From Macrostomum lignano (Eukaryota), in contig NIVC01001995.1 of the NCBI GenBank assembly GCA_002269645.1, positions 1 through 64,000 of the forward strand: a DNA stretch of 64,000 nucleotides, read 5' to 3'. The position numbers and the translations under genes are program-made. Of the stretch, positions 38,950 to 50,253 are shown piece after piece. The notes beneath the pieces are model-generated. The model had not been told where the DNA came from and did no database searches. It saw only the letters and a list, made by a program, of their open reading frames with translations. Positions within the stretch are counted from its first letter, which is position 1, and every line of letters starts with the position of its first letter.

Positions 38950-41731
38950 GGCAGACAGACAGACAGCATCACCTGCTGCTAGCCTGGGAGGCGGCCCGCC
39001 ACTGCTGCTGCTGCACCAGGGCATCCCAGTTGTCGGGCAGGTTGTGGTACTCCCGGCCCTCCAGCAGCCAGCGCTCCGATCTCTCCCTGTCAGTCTCAGG
39101 TCTGACGCGCTCTGCAGCCGTCCGGGAGTCGCCCTGGAGACCGCCTGGCAACGAGGCTGGGCTGTCGCCAGCAAGACGGCGGGCGATGCGACCCTCCAGG
39201 GGCCGCGGCGGCTCGAAGGAATGGCGGCCCCGCTGCTGCTGCACGGGGACAGGCGGTGGAAACTCGGTGGTAAAATTATTATAGACTTTAATAGCATAGT
39301 TTCAATGCTGTCTAACACCCATGCATAACACATGGGACGTCTAAACATTGTCTAACACTGCATCATAACACAAGGTATCTAACATACTATCATAACACAT
39401 AGTATCTGACACACTCAATCATAACAAATGGTATCTAACACCCCATCATAACACATGGTATCTAACACACTCGGTCGTAACACATGGTATCTAACACACT
39501 CCATCATAACACATGGTATCTAACACACTCCATCATAACACATGGTATCTAACACACTACATCATAACACATGGTATCTAACACACTACATCATAACACA
39601 TGGTATCTAACACCCCATTATAACACATGGTATCTAACACACTCCATCATAACACATGGTATCTAACACACTCCATCATAACACATGGTATCTAACACAC
39701 TACATCATAACACATGGTATCTAACACACTACATCATAACACATGGTATCTAACACCCCATTATAACACATCGTATCTAACACACTCAATCATAACAAAT
39801 GGTATCTAACACACTCAATCATAACACATGGTATCTAACACCCCATCATAACACATAGTATCTAACACCCCATCATAACACATCGTATCTAACACACTCA
39901 ATCATAACAAATGGTATCTAACACCCCATCATAACACATGGTATCTAACATACTATCATAAGACATGGTATCTAACACACTACATCATAACACATGGTAT
40001 CTAACACACTATCATAACACATGGTATCTAACACACTCAATCATAAAAAATGGTATCTAACACCCCATCATAACACATGGTATCTAACACACTACATCAT
40101 AACACATGGTATCTAACACACTACATCATAACACATGGTATCTAACACACTATCATAACACATGGTATCTAACACACTACATCATAACACATGGTATCTA
40201 ACACACTACATCATAACACATGGTATCTAACACACTACATCATAACACATGGTATCTAACACACTACATCATAACACATGGTATCTAACACACTACATCA
40301 TAACACATGGTATCTAATACACTACATCATAACACATGGTATCTAACACCCCATTATAACACATCGTATCTAACACACTACATCATAACACATGGTATCT
40401 AACACACTACATCATAACACATGGTATCTAACACACTACATCATAACACATGGTATCTAACACACTACATCATAACACATGGTAGCTAACACACTCCATC
40501 ATAACACATGGTATCTAACACACTACATCATAACACATGGTATCTAACACCCCATTATAACACATCGTATCTAACACACTACATCATAACACATGGTATC
40601 TAACACACTACATCATAACACATGGTATCTAACACACTACATCATAACACATGGTATCTAACACACTACATCATAACACATGGTAGCTAACACACTCCAT
40701 CATAACACATGGTATCTAACACACTACATCATAACACATGGTATCTAGCCGCAGAATAAGACTCTGCAGCGATGCACAGTGCTGCATCAAATCTAATGGA
40801 CAAATAGATAAAGCAAAGTCTCAATCAGACTGTTCCAAGGCTAAAAAATGATCAAAGGGGCTGCAAAAATCGGAACTGACACACAAGCTTTGCATGACAA
40901 GCAGAAGACAATGGAGTGCGACTGCCAGTCTGTGCTTGTCCTGTCTGTCTGAATTAAAAAAGCTAAATAACTTTTTCAGCAATAATAAAACATGCTTTTT
41001 CTATCAGCTGTTCAAAAAATTCATATTAGATTCTGGTGAGGAGCATAGTCCTGACCTGCCCTGAGCATCAAGTATAGCTGGTTTATATAAGAGTTCGCTT
41101 GCACTTAATGAGTTCGTTCGCTAAGGGGACTAATTATTTGTAGCATAATAATCCCAGCCTGCGCTAGTAGCTTCATCATCCCTATATAGGCCAAAACGAC
41201 TCATTCTCAAAACGACAATCTTTGTTTGGGCTTCTCACAGCATCCTCACCAGCTCCATCATATGGCCTGCTCACAATTCAATCTGATATTCGCACAGCAT
41301 CCTCACCAGCTCCATCATGGCGCTTCCGCCGCCAGAAGCCCCTCTCATCAAGGCCTCGGTCTGCTTCTCCTGCCAGTCGGTGAGGGCCACGGGAAACTCC
41401 TGGCCCCGGCCTGTGAAGCTGCGAGAGTACTGGCTGCGCCACTGGTCCCGCTCAAGGTTGCGCAGGGTGTCCACAGCGGCCGGATCGGCGGCCGGGTCCG
41501 GTCGCATCGCCGCGTTGGCGCCCAGCAACTGCGGCGGCACCGGATAGTACACCGGCTGCGGCTGCCGGCTGGACAGCTTCGGCACCTGGGAGCGTTGGGG
41601 CCGAATTGGCGGCTTTGAATGGCATTTGATTTCTGTCTGTCTGTCTGTCTGTCTGACTGTCTTTCTGTCTGTCTGTCTGTCTGTCTGACTGTCTTTCTGT
41701 CTGTCTGTCTGTCTGTCTGTCTGACTGTCTT

Positions 41732-41774
<43 letters not shown>

Positions 41775-41783
41775 GACTGTCTT

Positions 41784-41854
<71 letters not shown>

Positions 41855-41886
41855 ATTCTGTTTGTTTGACTGTATGTCTGTCTGCC

Positions 41887-41936
<50 letters not shown>

Positions 41937-42026
41937 ACTGTCTTTCTGTCTGTCTGTCTGTCTGTCTGTCTGACTGTCTGTCACTCTGTTTGTTTGACTG
42001 TATGTCTGTCTGCCTGTCTATCTGCC

Positions 42027-42072
<46 letters not shown>

Positions 42073-42080
42073 ACTGTCTT

Positions 42081-42125
<45 letters not shown>

Positions 42126-42126
42126 G

Positions 42127-42171
<45 letters not shown>

Positions 42172-42203
42172 GACTGTCTTTCTGTCTGTCTGTCCGTCTG
42201 TCC

Positions 42204-42243
<40 letters not shown>

Positions 42244-42252
42244 GACTGTCTT

Positions 42253-42315
<63 letters not shown>

Positions 42316-42577
42316 GACTGTTTTTCTGTCTGTCTGTCTGTCCGTCTGTCTGTCTGTCTGTCTGACTCTCTTTCTGTCTGTCTGTCTATCTGTCCGTCTG
42401 TCCGTCTGTCTGTCTCTCTGTCTGTCTGTCTGTCTGTCTGACTGTCTTTCTGTTTGTCTGTCTGTCTGTCTGTATGTCTGTCTGGTCTGTCTGTCTGTCT
42501 GTCTGTCTGTCATTCTGTTTGTTTGACTGCATGTCTGTCTGCCTGTCTATCTGCCTGTCTGTCTGTCTGACTGTCTT

Positions 42578-42639
<62 letters not shown>

Positions 42640-42751
42640 ATCTGTTTGTTTGACTGTATGTCTGTCTGTCTGTCTATCTATCTATCTGTCTGTCATTCTG
42701 TCTGCCTGCCTGTCTGTCTGTCTGTCTGTCTTTCTGCTTTCTGTCTATCTA

Positions 42752-42818
<67 letters not shown>

Positions 42819-43854
42819 TAGTGCCTGTGTGTCTGTCTGTCTGTCTTAGTGTCTTAGTGTCTTAGTGTCTGTCTGTCTGACTGTATGTCTGCCTGCTTGC
42901 ATTAGACACTAAAGTTCGTGCGTGATATCTCAGCATGAATGATGAAGACCCAATCCCAAGACAGAATCTAGTACTCCCAAGCCTAAGCCAACACCTAGCA
43001 GAAATGCCAGAGAGTCCCACAACCGCAAGGAACGGAAGGAGATTGCAAAATTGCGTCTAACTGCTATTTTTAATGTCCATCCCTAGCCCAGAGAAAAATC
43101 AGAAACACACAGACAGACACAAGCGCAGCACCAGCGCATTATTGCAATGCCACTTGACTTACAAGCCTACAACAGTGACCTTTGGAAATTTCACACAGCT
43201 AAAAAACCAATGACTGAACAAAACCAGTCAGACAAGCCAGATTTTCTAAATAAATTTCAATAAGTGCTTCTATGGACAGGCAGGCAGGGGCAGCTTTAGT
43301 CAAACCTACAGCACACACACAGCTGCTGATTGATGCAGCCACACACACTACAGTCACTGGGTCTATCCCACAGCTATTGACCTGTGTTCTGCCTATAGCG
43401 CGGTTTCCACTGTGGACAGCGCTTTACAGGACCGGCAGTCAGCTAATAGAGCTGTGTCACCCCTGTGTGAAGTTGCCCCGGAACTGCGGAATGGCAATGC
43501 AATGGCAACTGACACACGGAAAGAAACCTTTCAGCAGTAGAAGCGAACCGACTAATTTTTTGCTACCATGAAGCTGCCTATGAAATGTACTGGTAGGTAA
43601 CAATAGAATCCAAATAGCTATTTTCATTTATGCAAAAATTTGCGCAAATACTGACCAGCTACTATGAGTAGATACAGCAGTTTAAGATAAAGTATGTTTC
43701 TATTGCTGAAGTGTGTGTGTGTAAAGACATGTCAAATTTGAAAGATATCACTGTCATGTCAGTGTGTCTGTCTGCCTTCCTACCTGTCTGTCTGTCTGTC
43801 TGTCTGTCTGTCTGCCTGCCTGCCTGTCTGTCTGTCTGTCTGCCTGCCTGCCTA

Positions 43855-43905
<51 letters not shown>

Positions 43906-43908
43906 GCC

Positions 43909-43953
<45 letters not shown>

Positions 43954-43968
43954 GCCTGCCTGTCTGCC

Positions 43969-44019
<51 letters not shown>

Positions 44020-45053
44020 GCTGAAAAAACCACTATAACTTGGATGAGAAAGCAGCCGCAGGAACACAATAATTGCTGTTTCGGACCAGAAGTTTCCTGA
44101 CTAGGCAAAGGAGTAAAAAATCTTCAAAAACACAAAAAATTCCAGTTTAGAGACCAACCTGATCAAAGTTGTCTCCAGGCCACACCAGATGCCTGGGCGG
44201 GCCGCCCAGATGGAAGACCTCGTGACGCCACTGGCCCGAGCCCGCCCGCTCCACCAGCTCCAGGCGGTCGGGATGCGACGGCTCCGAGCCCGGCTGCGGC
44301 GGGGCGAATCTCGGGAACACCGCCTTGCGCGGCTGGTGGCTGGCGAACGGGTGCTCCGCTGGGAAAGGCCGGTCCACAAGCTTGTTGCTGGGGTAGGGGA
44401 ATGGGGTAGGGGGTAAAGATTAACTTGAAATACCGGTGAAGATCGACTGAGATACCGGTGAAGATTGAATGAGATCCCGGTGAAGATTGACTGAGATCCC
44501 GGTGAAGATTGACTGAGATCCCGGTGAAGATTGAATGAGATCCCGGTGAAGATTGACTGAGATCCCGGTGAAGATTGACTGAGATACCGGTGAAGATTGA
44601 CTGAGATACCGGTGAAGATTGAATGAGATCCCGGTGAAGATTGACTGAGATCCCGGTGAAGATTGACTGAGATCCCGGTGAAGATTAGCTGAGATACCGG
44701 TGAAGATTGAATGAGATCCCGGTGAAGATTAGCTGAGATACCGGTAAGGAATTTCGGAGATTCCCGTGAAAACTAGCAAAACAAAGCAGAACGAACTACC
44801 AAAGCCGGCCACTCACCCCATAAAGACCTTGGTTGGGTCCGGCCCCAGCTCATCATTGAGTCGCAAGTTGCTTCTCCGCAGCTGAGTCAAATCGTACAGC
44901 TGCTGCGTTGGCAGGTCCCTGGCAACATTTGAAAGCAGGTTTTTAAAATACAATTGTGTAAATTCTGCACAACTGAGATAACTGATAGTACAGCGATTTT
45001 TTATTTGCAGCAGGCACAAAAATTGTCTTACATACATGTATCAGCTTCAGACC

Positions 45054-45085
<32 letters not shown>

Positions 45086-45097
45086 GTCAGACAGACA

Positions 45098-45138
<41 letters not shown>

Positions 45139-45139
45139 C

Positions 45140-45178
<39 letters not shown>

Positions 45179-45179
45179 C

Positions 45180-45250
<71 letters not shown>

Positions 45251-45251
45251 C

Positions 45252-45294
<43 letters not shown>

Positions 45295-45303
45295 GGCAGA
45301 CAC

Positions 45304-45377
<74 letters not shown>

Positions 45378-47001
45378 CGGCTCTCCGCAGCCGAGCAGTC
45401 GATCAGGCAGGAGGCAACGCTGGCGCCGCCTCCCCAGGTGCGGCGGAGGCGGCTGCTGCCAGCAAGCGGCGGCAGGGACACTTCCGTTGCCATGACAACC
45501 GGTGAGTAATGCTACAAATTCCGAAGAAATACCTTCCCACAAGTTGAGAACAATCGGCAGTAAAATTTAGTCAGGCAAGAAATGAGGCATCGCTATGAAC
45601 AGATATATATTGGAGACTGGGCAAGGTAACAGTCGGTTGCCAATAGCAACAGCAGTTCCAGCCGCAGTTCCCCATCATGCCTTTGAGCAGACCGATTAGG
45701 TTTGTACGCACGCAGTCAGACAGGCAGGCAGAGAGGAGGCACGCAGAGGCTGCAGTTAGAGAAAAACTCAGCCAAAAAACATTCTACTAAACAATGATGG
45801 GGCCTCAGCTGAGTAGCCTCTGAGGCCTCTCCGTCAGCCATTCCACTATCCGTCAGAATAATTCAGAAACCGGCTGGCTCTCAATGCGCCTTGAAGGCTT
45901 CAGTAGCACTCACTACCGTACAGGTTTAGCAATCTAATAACATCTCAATTCTAGAGTTTGAAAGCCATATCCATAAAGTTATAACTTTTAAAATCTCACC
46001 CCTTGAAGCTATTGAAGCTAGCGATGCGTTAAATCTCAAAATCCCATCGAATCGCTAAGCAAACACACGCAGCATGCACAGGCCGATCGAGCCCACTCAC
46101 TGCAGTCCCGTGATGCTCCGCTCGTCGCCGCCCCAGACGGGGCCCCGCTGAGCCGGTCGGGCGCCGGCCGCGGGCGTCGCCGAGGTCGGACGGGACGCCG
46201 GCGGCCGCGGCTGCTCTTTTCGCAAAATCGACGCCGGCGGCGTCCGCGGCCGCCGAATCGACGGCGATGGCGGCGGTCGGCCGGCGGAGTCGCCAGCGGT
46301 CGGTCGAGTTGTCAACTCGACGAAGCTGCTTGAGCGCCGCAACGCCGGTTGGCGCGGCTGACGCTCCCGTTGAAGCTCTTCAACAGCGCCTTCGCCGTCT
46401 TTGCTGTCAACGGAAGCTCCCAGTAGGGCAGTCAGCGGAGTCGGCCCCGGAGACCAGGCTGGCAGCGGCAGCGACAGGTCGGTTTGCACTGCTCCGTCCT
46501 TTGAAGGTCGACGAGATTTTACTGCTGTCGCGGGCTGTTGCTGCTGCTGCTGCTTCTGCGATTTCGATTGGCTGCCCGAGGCCAAAGGCTTGTAGGGCAC
46601 CAGAGGCTCCTGGCAGAGACGGAGCCGCTCATCTGGCGACACATAGTCAGAGGGTGCCAAAGGGAAGCCGCTCGTCACACCTCCGCCGCTGCCGCCGCCG
46701 CGGCTGTAAAACTGCATGGCCGCCTGGAATTCGCGTTCAACATCCGCTGACTGCTGCTGCGCCTGCGCCTGCGGCTGACTGGCTGTGCCGGCACTGCTTC
46801 AGTGTGTAATGAGTTGGATCAATTAGCAGATTCCATCCAGCAATTACTATAAGTAAAGTTCAAAGTACAAAAAGATAGATAAACAGATAGACAGATACTC
46901 TGCATAACCGTCCATTCCTACCTTTCGGGCGGCGCCTGAGCCGAACCAGCCTGCTGATACCATGGAAACCGAAAGTCCATCGGTTGCTGCACCAGAGCCA
47001 T
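35341..47001 (-). CDS. SPMIP4: C7orf31/SPMIP4-like sperm/ciliary microtubule inner protein. Supported exons: 47001-46922, 46793-46101, 44918-44817, 44387-44159, 41585-41307, 39238-38973, ~38348-38170, ~35950-35341; possible extra exon ~36990-36925
   Basis: Motifs colinear with recalled human C7orf31: [80 protein letters not shown], and the C-terminal DLRD...[11 protein letters not shown]. Splice phases are consistent down to 38973; the last two or three junctions are ambiguous. Confidence 0.8.
35955..36842. repeat. 17/21-nt minisatellite CACTCACTGTGCTTGATCATT in an SPMIP4 intron
   Basis: Tandem copies with length variants. Confidence 0.93.
37355..38082. repeat. 20-nt minisatellite ATCTCGGTTCTCATCTTCAT in an SPMIP4 intron
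   Basis: About 36 copies. Confidence 0.95.
38374..38966. repeat. (GACA)n microsatellite filling an SPMIP4 intron
   Basis: Tetranucleotide array. Confidence 0.95.
39335..40748. repeat. 27-29-nt minisatellite TAACACATGGTATCTAACACACTACATCA in an SPMIP4 intron
   Basis: About 49 copies, more diverged at the left end. Confidence 0.95.
41632..42900. repeat. (CTGT)n microsatellite in an SPMIP4 intron
   Basis: About 1.3 kb tetranucleotide array. Confidence 0.95.
43757..44017. repeat. (CTGT)n microsatellite
   Basis: Tetranucleotide array. Confidence 0.95.
44428..44748. repeat. 22-nt minisatellite CCCGGTGAAGATTGACTGAGAT in an SPMIP4 intron
   Basis: About 14 copies. Confidence 0.95.
45054..45377. 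repeat. (GACA)n microsatellite
   Basis: Tetranucleotide array. Confidence 0.95.
45486..45499. promoter_or_regulatory. RFX X-box GTTGCCATGACAAC, candidate internal promoter element of SPMIP4
   Basis: Matches GTHNYYATRRNAAC; a second X-box-like GTTGCCAATAGCAAC lies at 45636-45650; host gene is ciliary. Confidence 0.55.
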
Positions 47002-47074
47002 CGTGTGCCGGCGCTAAGGCCTGGTCGGCTGCGGGATCGAATTCTATAGATGTTACATTTAAACAGCATTTACC

Positions 47075-47733
<659 letters not shown>

Positions 47734-48066
47734 AAGAATTAACACCAGGCAAAGCAGCCAGCTACAAAATACAGGAGCAAACAGCAGGACAAGAGCCGTG
47801 CTCGCAGAGGGCTCTGGCAGACAACTAAAGGTGCATTCTGTACCTGTCTGTTGCGCCATCGTATTAATACTAAAATAGTTTAAAGCGAGGTTAGCAGCTC
47901 GAAGCAACTCTACCAGCAATAATATTGGTGCATACGGTACGTAAGAAACTGAAACATGTTTTAGCAAGATCGCTCGTCAGCACTCGGAAAGACTCGCATG
48001 CAGTTTACAGTAGACATGCTGAGCATCTGGGATCAAAGTTGATGCAGAAAAATTCCTTTTCTCTTG

Positions 48067-48108
<42 letters not shown>

Positions 48109-49104
48109 AATATACAATATATTGAAAACTAATTAGTAACTAATGCAAAACATCAAGTCAACAAATATTTAAATCTGCCTACTAATAGTAGTTTCAAATA
48201 AATTATAAAAAGATTGAGAATCAAGTTAAAAAAAACACAAATTGCTCACAATTTAAGTAGTTCAGTAATAAGAAAACCAGGAGCAGAAATGAAATGAAAA
48301 AGAATTTGCTGGATACAAGCAATCGGATTGTAATCCGTTATTACAAGAATTTTATCATTCATTTTCTTGTAGGATCAGCGCATTGCAGCAAAAATTTATG
48401 TCCATTAAGCTACTATTAGTAGGACGCTCCAGCCAGCGAACGAGAGTCACGTGATTTCTGACAGACATTGTACTTTTAGCTTAGCTGGTTCGCTCTGAAA
48501 AATAATAGGTTGCAGAGAATTTAAAATTATCATAAACTGGGGGGGGGCAGATTTCTGTGGGAATCAGTTAGAAATGAATGACAGACGCATGCATAGCTTT
48601 GGCAGTAGGCAGTAGCGAACATTTAGCTCATAAAAAAACAAATAATAATATAGAATTTTGTTTTAATACAAACGCCAACTTAAAGCAATACAGGCCGAGG
48701 TGAGGTCAATTTTGTTAGTAGGTATTAGTTGAAAAAATATTGTATAATAAACTACTGATCTAGGATGCACTAGTAGTGTTGCTTGAACTTTCTGGGTAAA
48801 TTTTTTTGTTAGCAAATGTGCACTTGGTGCACAGTTATAAACAGTCATTGGTTTGATATAAATTATTATTATATTGTCATGCTTTAAAACTATTTTGTAC
48901 TTACTACTTACAAGACAAATACAACAGTAGTGTCTAATGCAAAAATGAACTACTATATTGATGAGAATAAATTCTAATTTACTAATCTTTATTCATAGTG
49001 AGCATAGCAAATGAAATCACTCTACTCTCCTGCCCAAGCCTACTGGATTCATCAGAGCCTCCGTATCCTGCCGCCCTGGACCTGCGCAATACAGTGAGAG
49101 AGAG

Positions 49105-49465
49105 AATGAGTGAGGCATGAGAAAGGGAGACCAGAGAGGCATGAGAAAGGGAGACCAGTGAGGCATGAGAAAGGGAGACCAGTGAGGCATGAGAAAGGGA
49201 GACCAGACAGGCATGAGAAAGGGAGACCAGAGAGGCATGAGAAAGGGTGACCAGAAAGGGAGACCAGAGAGGCATGAGAAAGGGAGACCAGAGAGGCATG
49301 AGAAAGGGAGACCAGACAGGCATGAGAAAGGGTGACCAGACAGGCATGAGAAAGGGAGACCAGAGAGGCATGAGAAAGGGAGACCAGACAGGCATGAGAA
49401 AGGGAGACCAGACAGGTATGAGAAAGGGAGACCAGAGAGGCATGAGAAAGGGAGACCAGAGTCAC
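49105..49465. repeat. 24-nt minisatellite GAGGCATGAGAAAGGGAGACCAGA
   Basis: About 15 copies. Confidence 0.93.
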
Positions 49466-49884
49466 GAGAAGGGGAGAACGGGATGGATGTTATACAGAGA
49501 AAAATTGGGCGCCAGGAAGCTAGACTGAGACAACAGAAGTCAAGAAATTGGACGAATCATTTTGAATTTCATTGGAAAAGATCCCTAATTACTTAATGCC
49601 TTACTTATAAAGGCATTTAATAAGTAGTCTGTTAAGCATATATCAACACTCGGCAGTAATTGCTTCAGCTGCCATTCGCTGCGATCAGATTGCAAATTAA
49701 GCCACAAAAGTACAATGACCACACAGATTTAATTTAAACAGTACAAAATTGTGTATAAAAAGCCAAAAATAATTTACACGCGCTTTATGCTACTCGATAT
49801 TATGACACTACTAATGCGTGGCCAAGACAATATAGTTATGACTCTGGTCATAATATGCATGTAGTCATGACTTTGACAATAAAA

Positions 49885-50135
49885 AATATCATGACTCTGG
49901 TCAGGATGCAGTCATGACACTGGTCAGGATACAGTCATGACACTGGTCAGGATGCAGTCATGACACTGGTCAGGATACAGTCATGACACTGGTCAGGTTA
50001 CAGTCATGACACTGGTCAGGATACAGTCATGACACTGGTCAGGATACAGTCATGACACTGGTCAGGTTACAGTCATGACACTGGTCAGGATGCAGTCATG
50101 ACACTGGTCAGGATACAGTCATGACATTGGTCATA
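49885..50135. repeat. 23-nt minisatellite CAGTCATGACACTGGTCAGGATA just 3' of the NIPA2 stop
   Basis: About 10 copies. Confidence 0.93.
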
Positions 50136-50253
50136 ACACAATAATAGAACTGCTGTGGCACTGCAATGGTCATCCAGAGCAGAAAATCTCAGAACTAAAA
50201 AAGCTGGCAAAGCAATATTTAAACAAAGAAGCAGGGCCGCCAAAGAGAATTAA

